DNA of 63,282 bases, counting the filler, from Choristocarpus tenellus KU-1152 (lineage: Eukaryota > Protista > Phaeophyceae), in assembly GCA_964200185.2 (NCBI GenBank). It is 10 parts of 10 records of this genome, joined end to end, with 100 filler letters (N's around TTAATTAATTAA, not from the genome) between each part and the next. Parts side by side here need not be neighbours in the genome. Positions count along the whole stretch, not along the records: positions 32,528 to 41,098 come from CAXNAD020004575.1; positions 41,199 to 47,606 come from CAXNAD020008199.1; positions 47,707 to 51,677 come from CAXNAD020016851.1; 7 more parts are not named here. One strand, given 5' to 3'. This document shows positions 38,533-49,919 of this stretch, one piece after another. The first letter of the stretch is position 1. Each line of letters opens with the position of its first letter. The notes beneath the pieces were generated by a model that searched no databases, was not told the origin of the DNA, and was given only the letters and a program-made list of their open reading frames with translations. A program made the position numbers and the translations under genes.

Positions 38533-41015
38533 ATGCTTCAAACACGCCTTTAGAATGTATACAATTGTACCTCGCCGTCGTGACGAACCGGGGTTAACAT
38601 GTATACAATTGAAATGGTCCAACTTAGTGTCATCTGTGTTGCAACCAAGTCATAGGCATGATCGCAATCTCTTGTCAGTGTCACCCCTGATCTGGACATG
38701 TCAGGAAAAATTTGGAACCTGTCCAGGGTGGCAGACCAGACAGGTTCTATCAACCTGGTCACCTGGTCGAACTGGTCTGAACATGTCAGAAAAACTAGAA
38801 CCCGTCCAACCCGTGGACCAGACATCTATCCTCCACTGCTCGCTGAATTGGTTCTTAGACATGACAAAAAAATATTGGAACCAGTCCAATCCGCGGACCA
38901 GACAGGTTCCACTACTCATTGGACCGCATCAGGACCCATCAAAAAATAAAATAAAAAAGATTAGAAAAAGCGACCTGAACCTCAGAATGGCCTCTTCACA
39001 CTCTCGCCCAAATTGGTCAAGAACCAAAAAACAAAAAAATGGACATCCCCTAACCCTAACCCTAACCCATGGGAGCGGCCTGGACTGCTCGTGGCATGGG
39101 TACAGACAGCAGAGATGTAAGCAAACTTTTGTGACGTAATCAACCAGTATCTCGCTTTGGTACACAAGGAGGGTACAGTCTTTGGTACACAAGTAGGGTA
39201 CAGTATTTGGTACACAAGTAGGGTACAGTCAATAGCAGTGTCGAGAGCCCACGCGAAAAGAGCCAGACACGCCAGATGCACAAAAGTGAGCAGACGCACG
39301 AGACTGAGGACTGGGACCAGTTCAAAGACAAATGGTGAATATAGACATGTTCCAACTTGGAACCAACAGCACAGGTTGGTGAGGTGATGACGCTCACAAG
39401 ATGTGCAGAGCAATATAATATAATAAAATAAAATAAAATAAAATAAAACATAGAAGAATATAATAAAATAAATATTATATCGAAGATTGATAAAACGTAA
39501 CATAATCTACTATATTACAATATAGTATACTGTATTACAATATAATCTACTATATTACAATATAGTATACTGTATTACAATATAATCTACTATATTACAA
39601 TATAGTATACTGTATTACAATATAATCTACTATATTACAATATAGTATACTGTATGTCAGGGACAGGTCACCTTTTTGGGATCTCCAGACTTTGATGAGG
39701 ATAATACACACACACACATGTAGCACGCATCAACTTTTGAAATTGAGGTCAGGACAAGTGATGTGTTGTGGATCAGACGCACGACTGGTATGCGGTAACC
39801 CCGACATGAACGGTGGATTCAAACCAACAAAGCCTGAGATTGTGCTTTTTGTTCTGACTGGTCACAACCAATCGCATTAAGGATTGATCCACATGGCACT
39901 CTGAGGCTGTCAACATACATCCAGCATGCCTCAGTCTCACCTTTCACTTCCTTTCTGAACCTCATCTCTGGTGGTTCTCATCACCCACCCCACCACACAG
40001 AACCAGGGCCCATTACATATATTACAATATAATATACTACAATACAATATACTACAATACAATATACTACAATACAATATACTACAATACAATATACTAC
40101 AATACAATATACTACAATACAATACACTACAATACAATATACTACAATACAATATACTACGATACAATATACTACAATACAATATACTACAATACAATAT
40201 ACTGCCATAACAACAACAACAACAAAAATAGCTAAGAGGACAGATGAAAAAAAAGAGCCAGCAACTGTGAATAGATAGAGCCGGCATCGACATTGTATAC
40301 GACTGTATGTAGACAGACAAACACACAAACACTGAATTAATTACTATTGCATCTTCAATCACACTGGGTATTACATGCTATACCTACATAAAGAGGCACC
40401 CGGGGTCCTTTGCAAGGGCCACGAAGCAGAATAAATAATAATAATTTTTTTAACAGGAAACCTCACACTGAGAACATACCCCAAGAAACAGCAACAACAT
40501 CCGTTTCCATCAAACCGAGAGCTGCACCCTACACATTACTATAATATAATATACCATACCCTACTGTCAACACACCCTACACATTACTATAATATAATAT
40601 ACTATACCCTACTGTCAACACACACTACACAAAAACTACCCCCAAAGACTTCGAGAGTCAGCGACCTCCTCCTCCGGCTCTCAGGGCCCAGCCCGCTACC
40701 CCAGAACCCAGCCCACAAAGGCACAAAACACACCTCATCTTGGAAGGCTTGCACATCTTCAGCACCTCGCCTGTTGTGCTTTAGCCTCTTCACAGCTACC
40801 GGTGTTCCAGCCCAAAGCCCTCTGTACACAACCCCATAGAAGCCCTCCCCCAATTTGCTCTCCAAGGTCACATGCCCTCGAGGAATCAAAGCATCTGAAG
40901 ATGTCAATGCAGGGGGTAGCGGCCGCTGGCGCAATGGCCTAGCTCGAGACAGTGAACCAAGGACCGGTAGCTCATACCGGCTATGGTTCCGCATTCTCGG
41001 GGCCTTGTGAAGAAC
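32823..41015 (-). CDS. Tyrosine-kinase-like (TKL) protein kinase, partial (5 exons)
   Basis: Exons 40734-41015 (LGEGFYGVV, VAVK; 5' edge uncertain), 37298-37462 (LRHPCITTFYG), 35109-35216 (IIHRDMSSGNILL), 33603-33720 (KLSDFGLSR, GNLSYM) and 32823-32956 (APE, KVDIYAFAIILWE). All GT-AG and phase-consistent. Confidence 0.94.
34930..35092. repeat. Compound (CTA/CCA)n microsatellite in kinase intron
   Basis: Direct inspection. Confidence 0.9.
35801..35852. repeat. Interstitial telomere-like (CCCTAA)n, ~8.5 units
   Basis: Perfect array. Shorter runs at 39048-39068 and near 53470, 61995 and 63167. Confidence 0.92.
36479..37244. repeat. Compound (AAT/AAC)n satellite with higher-order blocks
   Basis: Recurring punctuation motifs ACACCAAAAAAATAGT and ATCATAATATTAAC. 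Confidence 0.92.
37515..37645. repeat. 14-bp minisatellite, ~9 units (TTAGAACTGTCAAG-like)
   Basis: AAG and ATG variants alternate, giving a 28-bp higher-order period. Confidence 0.9.
37854..38310 (-). mobile_element. Probable retroposon (LINE/SINE) 3' end in kinase intron
   Basis: Minus strand ends GTGTGTTAATAAAAAAA (AATAAA fused to an A tail). Composition differs from the flanking intron. No TSD confirmed. Confidence 0.35.
39501..39655. repeat. 40-bp tandem repeat, ~3.9 units
   Basis: TATAATCTACTATATTACAATATAGTATACTGTATTACAA, near-identical units. Confidence 0.92.
40017..40204. repeat. 15-bp tandem repeat, ~12 units (ATACTACAATACAAT)
   Basis: Direct inspection. Explains the LQYNI/YCSIL/VVYCI ORFs. 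Confidence 0.93.
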
Positions 41016-41198
41016 CTGGTAGTGTGCCCACCCCCACCCCCCACCCCCCAGCAACGTATGAAGGAGGTTGGGGTCAGGGAGATTGCAGAGGACACAAGNN
41101 NNNNNNNNNNNNNNNNNNNNNNNNNNNNNNNNNNNNNNNNNNTTAATTAATTAANNNNNNNNNNNNNNNNNNNNNNNNNNNNNNNNNNNNNNNNNNNN

Positions 41199-41256
41199 TG
41201 ACCGAAACGGAAGCTCCCTCACAAACCACCTCCCCCCCCCCAAGATACTTTGACAC
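41199..41256 (+). mobile_element. MITE family A partial copy at contig start
   Basis: C-run followed by AAGATACTTTGACAC. Confidence 0.6.
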
Positions 41257-42608
41257 AGTAGATGGTGTAGGGATGGGAGTGGGAATGGGAATGGGAGACA
41301 GTTAGGAATAATGTGGAAGAGAGAGAAAGTGAAGTGAGTGTCCACCGAGCCAAGGCTGGCAGATGCTTGAGGTTCCTTCACATTTGTGTTTATTGTTTAA
41401 GATGTAAAGATGGCCAGTATAGTCTGCAGTTGACAATTGTATCTACTGGTAGAATACGTAAGTGTGTGTGTTGTTTGCTCAGACCGCCATCCTGGTAAAA
41501 CAGTAGTAGGGGAGCTGTTGGCACAAGAAGACGAATTGTATCCCTCCTTTGCTTTCTCACTAGTGTGTTTGCGATATGCTCTTTGTCCGAATGGATTTAT
41601 TTTGAGGGCTTCAAGAGGGAACATATCATTTTATTGTGTGTACGTGAATGGATGAGCACTGTTTTTTGCAAAAAACTATATTGTGCAGAGTAGACCTACT
41701 TTTAGTAATATATACATAATATGTGTTTGTGTAAATTCTGGAGTTTTAACATGGCAGCATGCCGTGAGGTACAGGGAAATGCATCTGCCCTCTTGGAAGC
41801 TCTTGTCGCAGTGGTCATTATATCGAACGGATAATATCATATTGCGTTAGCACCATCATCGGAGAAGCAATATAATATAGTACATCAAGACGTGGAGTAA
41901 TAAAAGATCTATATTAGATGTTGAGATGGTTGAGTTAAAAACAATACATTGGAGTTGGGAAAAGTTCATTTTATTCTGTACTCCAACGTGTTACATATAA
42001 TTAAAAGGGTATCTTTGCCACTACTTCTGCGTAGTGGACGTCTGGAGGTGTAAGCATACGCATCGTATTATGTGGATTTCCACATACTATAATGCTAGGG
42101 CGTTCTCCGTGGGCTTGGGCCTGAGGCATACACCTGGCATCTTTGTTAGTTAGGCAGGTACTTGCGAGGACCCGTTGTTTTGCGTTTGTTGACCTTGGGA
42201 TCTTACGTGTGCGACTGTAGTTCCAGCCAACCTGTGGTGCAATGTTTGATAAGGGAGACGTATGCGCATATTTCTGAATCATTACATCTTGACCTGGAGT
42301 TACAGAACTGGTTGTGCATCCCTATTAATCCTATTAATATTACTACGTTTTTGTGAAGACAAAGATACAATACTATTATTATTATTATATTTTTGTTATT
42401 GTTTTACTATTATTATTTTATCCTATCTTTTGACTTCCTCTTTCGTTCCATGTTTTGAGAGAGGCTATCCCTTCTAAAAAAAAAGATGTCGCAAGATAAG
42501 GTATGTTAACGATACGTGTGTGTGTAGTGAGAAGGGATTCTGGGACTTCAGGGATAGTAATACTATATACAGTGCACTACTGTTGTCCCAAGCACAAAGA
42601 ATAGGATG

Positions 42609-42788
42609 TGCACAAGTATCTGAAAGGGGTGACGGCTGTCCATTCTGCGCTCATTTTTCTATTTCACGATTTTTGGGAGATTTGCTTGCATGTCTCGGAT
42701 GGACAATGTGAGTACACCTCTCCTGGTCAGGGCCCGAATGGAGACCACCCTGGTGTAGAGCCCCCCTCACTCAGGAGATACTTTGACC
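42609..42788 (+). mobile_element. MITE family A copy A6 (diverged)
   Basis: CAAGTATCTG ... GAGATACTTTGACC, family A interior, flanked by ATAGGATG on both sides. Confidence 0.85.
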
Positions 42789-42849
42789 ATAGGATGATCC
42801 AAAATCGGAGAAATAAGAGGACTACATTATTGTTCGGCATCAAGGATTC

Positions 42850-43085
42850 AATACCGATAGTGTTTCCACAGCTAACTACCCAACCAGACATGGGTTATGA
42901 AAAACTCAAGGAACCGTTATGTCGTCAAACACTTCCGTGTCTGGAGGAAGAGCTACAATGACTCTACACGTGGCATCATAAAAGGGAGACGATCAGAGAC
43001 AAATCATCGACGCATGAGACTAGAGAGGAACCAATGCTGGTTCTGTCTACAGACAGGATGAACACTTCTGGAGAGAGTGTAGGTC
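42850..43085 (+). mobile_element. gag remnant with frameshifted CCHC knuckle
   Basis: CWFCLQTG / HFWREC at ~43035-43080. Confidence 0.45.
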
Positions 43086-43399
43086 GTATCTTGCAAGTAT
43101 AGATAACCTCCTACGAGATCATATGGGATGATTTTTGGGCGAAGAGGTTCCCCGCACCACCAGCCATGAGACCAGCCATGAAGTGAGGGGCAGAGATAAG
43201 ACCGACTCTAAGGGCTCAGATTTTTCATGGCACTTCCTGCTCTTGCTATAGCTGGACGCTCTACTGCGATGGCAGTAATAAGTAACTGCCTGAAGGAATT
43301 TGGCAACAATGCAGTTCTGCTTGCTTACTGAGGCACCCAAAACTTTCCACCACGAAGGCATTGAGGTTAAGTCTACAAGGGTCAAAAGAACCCTCGTGG

Positions 43400-44530
43400 G
43401 TGTTACATACTCCTACATATTGTAACTGCCTCTACAACACTATCGAAATATAGTTGTTTGCTGACTATAGTAGCCACCTCCCAACTCCAATTCATGGTGA
43501 TATCATAGTGTCGTTTTTGTCCACATGTAATAACTGTCGAAGACTGATCCTCATACCTTCTTCAGGCTCAAAGTATCTGGGGGGGGGGGTGGCGGCTGTC
43601 CATTCTGGGCCTATTTTTTTATATGTCGCGATTTTTGGGTGATTTGGTTGCATGCGTCGGATGGATAATATAAGTGCACTTCTCCTGGTCAGGGTCCGAA
43701 TGGACACCCTGGTGTAGACCTCCCCCTCCCCCCAGATACTTTGAGCCTTCACAGTATAGTGCTCATAACTCCTCTGAGCCTCATACAATCCAATCCTTCG
43801 CACTTACTTGACATGTATTATTCCTACAATCACAGAACTCCTTCTCAGGGCACATGTGAGTGGGCTCACTCCTTGTTACTCATCACACTACTACTATCAG
43901 TGAAAGCTGTAGTCTGTAGGCGTCACAGTTCCGAATAACCTACGTACTAGTCCCCTCCCTGGTTAGACACTTGACTGTGCTGAGTAGTGTATCCCATACT
44001 GTAGCATGCCAGTTTAGTAACGGAGTATATAACTGCCCTTGTACCTCCGTAAAATGTGTACATTTTTTCTGGTTCCTCTTCATAGTCACCTGTGATGTTG
44101 CTATCATCCTTGTAGGTGCTCAGGATGGCTGCCCTTCCATACGTTGCTGAAGCAGTAGTGAAAACATTTAGTTGTTGTATTTTCAACTCCTCGACCAATG
44201 CTCACGAAGAACCGCTCCACCTAGCTCCATGTACCACTCCTAGGCTAATTGCTTCACATCATAGAGCATTTTCTCTCTTGTTGATCATTCCATCTGGCGG
44301 CTGTATAGAGATAGCCTCAATGAGTGAGTGTAGAAGTAAGGTAAGCTTGAGAAAAGCTAAGAGATTCAGCTTCCCAAGTAGTGGAGGTTGCCACCACCAG
44401 TACACACTGCAGGACATCAACACCAATGACGGGACTGAGTGTTTGAACAGTCCACATCCCTTGGTCCTGACCGATATCCTAGGACTATTTTCCATTTTAC
44501 GTAAAAGCCCGTTCATTTCTTCCGTATTTT
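43400..44530 (-). mobile_element. Ty1/Copia RT to RNase H remnant, interrupted by MITE A7
   Basis: LGYR..TLSPV, PPDG, ALYDVKQ, AILSTYKDDSNITG (YVDD region). Highly degenerate. Confidence 0.7.
43565..43747 (+). mobile_element. MITE family A copy A7, TSD TTCA (cleanest copy)
   Basis: Perfect TIR GGCTCAAAGTATCTGGGGG / CCCCCAGATACTTTGAGCC with TTCA on both sides. Confidence 0.94.
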
Positions 44531-44824
44531 CCATTTTCTGCCGACTCTAATCGCATAATAACAAACATAAGTTTTAGTTACATGTTCGAATAGTTTAGTT
44601 AAAGCTATATTTCCTCCAATTTCAGCAAAATAATCACCCAACTCACAAATAAGATTCTGTATATTTATATCTCCACAACCAGTCTTGCCTTTTGTCCCTC
44701 AACTTTTTCTTGAATGCTTGTACTTCGCCTTGTAGATGAATAAACTTGGTCTTGGTCGGTTTCATACCCTTGGGGAGAGGAACATCTCTAAATGTTGTCC
44801 TCTTTGCGGCAAGTCCGTTCATCC

Positions 44825-45086
44825 GAGTGAGCGTTTCTTAGAGGGTACTAGTTTTGCCCTCTTTGTCCATTTCGGCTTGGCTTCCCACGTGTTTTTTTGT
44901 GAAATTTTCCTACTCCAAAATGTTTCGGAGTAGTAGGTAAAATGTTTTACGTTATGAAAAGGTGTGTCCAAAAGAAGGATATTGACACTTACTAACAAAC
45001 ATAATACCCCAAATTACATCCAAATCACAACATTAGATTTTGACCCCCAAATGGACGCGGCCCTACCCTCTAAGATACTTTGGCTC
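44825..45086 (+). mobile_element. MITE family B copy B5, TSD ATCC
   Basis: GAGTGAGCGTTTCTTAGAGGGTA ... TACCCTCTAAGATACTTTGGCTC with ATCC on both sides. Confidence 0.92.
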
Positions 45087-45189
45087 ATCCTCTTGTCCAC
45101 TTCACCTAGCCGGAGTTCAGAGACAGAGTCAGATCCTTCTGATGTTTCCATCATAAACTACAGGATACGCTACCCAGTGTAAGTTAGGT

Positions 45190-46030
45190 GTCCCAATAGA
45201 GAGGGAGCTAATACGCTTTTCAGACGCAGACTGGGCAAATTATCATAGACTAGAAGAATACCAGAGGTTCATTTACTTCCCATTGGTTCTTCCCATCGCC
45301 TGGTGCTCCGAGCTCAGTCACATAGTCTACCACTGAGGCTGAGTGGATGCCAATGAACATTGAGGATAAGACATAGCATTTTGTATTTGGACTTACAATG
45401 GAGATAGGTCAAGAGACGGAAACAATCACCTGGTTTGAAGACAACCAACCCCGGTACAATTCAGATGGCGAGTAACACTGGGTTTGGCGGACAGAGTAGC
45501 ACATTGATATCAAGGTTGAGTGAACCAGAGAGTATAGTAATGAGCAGGGATGGCTTAAGGTGGAGTATGTAGGTACAGACAGACAGTTGTCAGATCTATT
45601 CCACAAGAGATTGCGAGGTCCACACACAGTAGCTTTCGATCATAGGGTATGTATCACAAGAATTGAGTGAACTCACACATTAATGTGCACCTTCATAGGG
45701 TAGGTTACAGCTTTACACTGAGAAAGCATTCTGGGACTTTAGGGACAGATATACTATAAAATAATGACTGAGAGAGCAGTATGTCAAGTACAAAGGATGT
45801 GATCATATGACGCTTGGAGGCATTATGAGTACCATGCTTGCGAAGTTTTTGGGTTTACCTTTTGACAGTTGTGGACACAATGAGTTGTACTTGGGAGGTA
45901 GTTACTACAACAATAATAGTCACGGAACAGCAATATTCCGATACTGTAGAGGCACTTACAATTAATAGGAGAATACTCCCACCTGATAGCATGATGACTT
46001 CAAGGGAGAAACTAAATATTGTAAGGTGAA
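45190..46030 (+). mobile_element. Ty1/Copia RNase H remnants (two fragments)
   Basis: FSDADWA, PIAWCS, WFEDNQ, HIDIK, KVEYVGTDRQLSDLFHK. 45770-45960 resembles the reverse complement of 43430-43830. Confidence 0.75.
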
Positions 46031-47569
46031 CTCAACTCTGCGTCTAAGTCCGTCCTTCATTGCTGTTCTTTTCTGATTTTGGTTGACCTCTAAGTTCCCT
46101 TCAGACAACATGCACCCATGAAACCTAGGGACACAAGATTTTTGAAGTGTGTGTCCGGTGCTTGACAAAGCACACCGTTACTTTGCATCCCCTGAATATG
46201 TTTCCCTCCTATGGGCAGAGATGCTCGTGTGTTTAAATAATAATAATAATGATACGCGTAACTTGTTGCCAATTCCTGATTTAGATATCACAGTTTGCAA
46301 CCAGGTCATGCGACACATTTCAACACAGACATACATCATGGATTCTTCTCACCTCCACCCACCTTTCAAGATCCAGTTTTCTTAGAGGTTTCCCACCTAC
46401 TTCAATCCAGTCATACAATTACCACTTCCCTTGTCTCGTCTCTGGATAGGTTCACCTTTTCGCCATCGAAACTAAAAATATCAGGACCTAGGTGACGACT
46501 TAGCATGCACGTTTGCCCATACTCCATGTGTCTCAGCATTTACCCTCTACTCTTCCTCTACAGCCCACCCCCCCTGCTTAACGTATTGTGCTATTGATAC
46601 CACAAAACCTCTTCTCTGGTGATAATTGATACCCACAGCAGTAATGGTTGGGATCAACCTTTTCTGTCATCACTTGACCATACTAGTAAGTATTCAACAG
46701 AACAGTAGTTTTACTATTTTAAACTATTACTAATGACAAGGTATGACCTAGTGACTAGCCTCTTGTTTCAAATACATTCCAGACCAGATTTTGCTCCTTG
46801 TCCCTCTATTTGACGTCTATTTCAGTCTATCATTCCACCTGCACCACTTTCATATTAGAGTTGTACCTTGCTGTGGAGGGTTGTCACCCATTATTAACCT
46901 CTTCATATTTTTCGGAACAAAACCGGAAGTTACAGGCTGCCTGGTCAAATTAGCTTCTAATTTCTGTGAATCGTTTAAGCATAGGTATGTGTCCTTCAAT
47001 GTTCTCACTCAATACTCTCTTGAGACATTCTGGTTGGGTTACCACACAAGGGCCAATGCCATGCTTCCATGATATTTCGCACAAGAGCACTTCATCAGAC
47101 ACTGATATTTAGCATGTGTTGAGTCTAATTTGCACTATATCTATTTGCAGCAAGCAAAGCAACAACAAATGCTGTAACAATATATCTTCAGCCTTGATGC
47201 CCTTTCTACAATCTACCCAAAATAACAGCAACTCACTCGTTGGAATATTCCATACATGCCAAATACATGTCTCAACCTTTTTGTGTACACCCACCATGGC
47301 GAGGAGGAACACTAACAAGTCAATGTGGTGACAGTCAGAAGCAGTCGGGGGGCGGAGAGGTCTTGAAAATAGGAATATCCCCCATCCTACCTCCTTCAAC
47401 ACAACCAATTCTTTTTTTAACTTAGACTCCCCTGCAAGTGAATGCAGTTCAGGGGAAGCCATAGAATGCTGCCATTTGCCAACAGACCTATTAAGAGCAG
47501 CACAGACAAAAGTACAACCCAGTAACACCTCCTATCACCACCACCATTATTGCTTCAAGACCACTCATC

Positions 47570-47606
<37 letters not shown>

Positions 47607-47706
47607 NNNNNNNNNNNNNNNNNNNNNNNNNNNNNNNNNNNNNNNNNNNNTTAATTAATTAANNNNNNNNNNNNNNNNNNNNNNNNNNNNNNNNNNNNNN
47701 NNNNNN

Positions 47707-48022
47707 TGGTTTGTATTTTTATTTGTTGATGTAATGATTAGAACATCATTATTATTCTGCAAAAAAAATTAAACCCGTGTTTTGGCTGTTCAATTGTTTT
47801 AATGATCCGATTGTGTTATAAAAAATACGAATATCGAACAGCATACGATTTCATATTGAAAAGAGACTGAGAGTAACTGTTTTTTTGTGACCTTGTCGTT
47901 TCGTATGTTTGAAACATATTGGATCAATGAAGGATGTGGTTTGTAATTGTATTTGTTGATGTAAGGATTAGAATATCATTATTATTTGTCAAAACCCTAA
48001 CGCAAGTGTTTTGGCTGTCTTG
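47707..48022 (+). repeat. Family C ~230-bp tandem unit; inverted copies at 49451-49642 and 51357-51500
   Basis: TGGTTTGTA..TATTTGTTGATGTAA.GATTAGAA at 47707 and 47937, with reverse-complement copies downstream. Confidence 0.85.
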
Positions 48023-48141
48023 ATTTTTCAATAACAAAAATATGGTTCAAAACTAGAAGGTCCCCTTGTGTCATCTCTTCAGTTATTAAAAATACTAAGG
48101 TCGCCAAAACGCGGTTTTAGTATTTAAATAAATAGTAGGGT

Positions 48142-48427
48142 GACCCAAAGTATCTGGGGGGGGGGGGGGGGGGGGCCTACCCCGGGGGGTTTTTTTGGGC
48201 CATAACCAGGAAAANNNNNNNNNNGCGGGGGGGGCGGGGGGGGGGTGCGGGGGGGGGGGGAGGCGGGGCGGCGGGGGGGTCTACACCAGGGTGTCTATTT
48301 GGACCATAACCAGGAAAAGGACTTGCGTTATCCATCCGACATATGCAACCAAATCATGCACAAATCGCGACATGAAAAAATTGGCCCCAAATGGACAACC
48401 GCCACACCCCCCCAGATACTTTGAGCC
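48142..48427 (-). mobile_element. MITE family A copy A8 (internal 10-N gap with duplicated end), flanked by GGT
   Basis: GACCCAAAGTATCTG(G)n ... CCAGATACTTTGAGCC. Confidence 0.85.
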
Positions 48428-49698
48428 GGTACCAGTTGGAAGTGAGCTTTATGTTTATGGAAATTGGAAACGTTTGAGAATCATAAAGTTCGTGCTTGGT
48501 ATTTTAAAAAATGGTAAGAACGGATATACTGGATTTACTATTTCTAATAATCCTCATGCACATGTTTAGGGTTATTTCATTTTCAAAGAACAGAATGACA
48601 ATTCGAAACTGTTATTCCCCCTTTTGTCATCTGTAGTTTGTTTAAGAATGCATATGTCCAACAATTTCAGATTTTGTATCTCAAAAAATTGGAGGGTGTC
48701 CCTTTCTTTTTGACCTTTTTGTTTCTAACATTGGAAATGTACAAGATCAATGAAGTATGCGCTTTGTTTGGCTCACGAATTCTGGATTATTATTATTATT
48801 TGCTCATTCCTAATTTGCCATTCCTCTATTCTCTATTCCCCATTTGATGACCAACCAGCGCGAATGCCCTTTGTCACTGATTGCCAGCCATCCTTTCAAC
48901 CCGCACAAGTTACCACTCCCCTCAACCCCACAGCAGTTCTCACACCACTCAACACCACTCGACAATCATCCATCAATACCACTCCACAATCATCCAAGAA
49001 CACCCCTTCATGATCCACTTCAAACCGTGCCTTTGAGCTAGAAGACATCTACCCCGCCGGAACTTGACCTCCCCTTACCCCCCCTTTCCCAGCATTTCCA
49101 TCGTTTGTGAGCAAGCGACAGGGTGGGTGGGTGGGAGAATCTTGCTCGGAGGTTGCCTTGGTCTCCCCTCCTCGTCTTGTACTCCTGGTTTTCTTTCCTC
49201 TTGTCGTTGACTGGCTGCTGTCCTTCCCCTTTATCTACCACTCATTTCCATGAACCAGTTCGTCCCTTCCTTAACTATTCATTCTCTTCCTGCTTCCTTC
49301 TTTTTCTTTCACCTACCCATGCTTGTCCTTTGCCCCCACCCAACGAGAATTCTTCCACCCACAAAACTCAGATTACTTTATAAACTCTCACTTTGTATTA
49401 AAAAAAATTGTAAGTACGGATACTGTGCAATATAGGCTGGTAGTCCATATGGTTTAAAATTTTTTTGCAGAATAATAATGTTCTAATCATTACATCAACA
49501 AATAAAAATACAAACCACATCCTTCATTGATCCAATACGTTTCAAACATACGGAACGAAAAGGCCACAAAAACTTTTACTCTGTCTCTTTTCAATATGTA
49601 AGCGTATGCTGTGTGATATTCCTTTTTTCATATAACACAATTGTCAACAGAAAGAGAAATCACCGAAACTCAAGAACCGCTCCTTGTCGTCTCTAGTA

Positions 49699-49756
49699 TA
49701 GAGCCGCGTCCATTTGGGGGTCAAAATACAATGTTGTGATTTTGATGTAATTTTGG
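49699..49756 (-). mobile_element. MITE family B truncated fragment
   Basis: TAGAGCCGCGTCCATTTGGGGGTCAAAATACAATGTTGTGATTTTGATGTAA. Confidence 0.75.
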
Positions 49757-49919
49757 GAAAAATCCATCCTCCATGAAATAATCCATCCGCCATTATCTCG
49801 ATCCACTGTGACATGGTGAATTTACACTGAATATTAATTATCTAATTATCCCCTGGGCCTTTCTCTTAGCCATCAATTATCTCTGACATATGACCAAAGA
49901 CTGACCCATCATACCGCTA

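Noticed and set aside
37515-40204. Regular repeats as a possible CRISPR array
   Set aside because: Head-to-tail tandems with no unique spacers, no cas genes, and an intronic eukaryotic context.
36794-40362. Poly-Ile, poly-Phe and LQYNI/YCSIL repeat ORFs
   Set aside because: Translations of micro- and minisatellites inside kinase introns.
44736-44824. ERNISKCCPLCGK resembles the TnpB/Fanzor E..TS..C..CG motif
   Set aside because: No RuvC-I, second CxxC or RDxNAAxN motif seen on either side of MITE B5. Too short to support.
48142-48270. Apparent duplicated family A end
   Set aside because: It flanks a 10-N gap and G-homopolymers, so it is probably low-quality overlapping read ends. The duplication around 61436-61442 looks similar.
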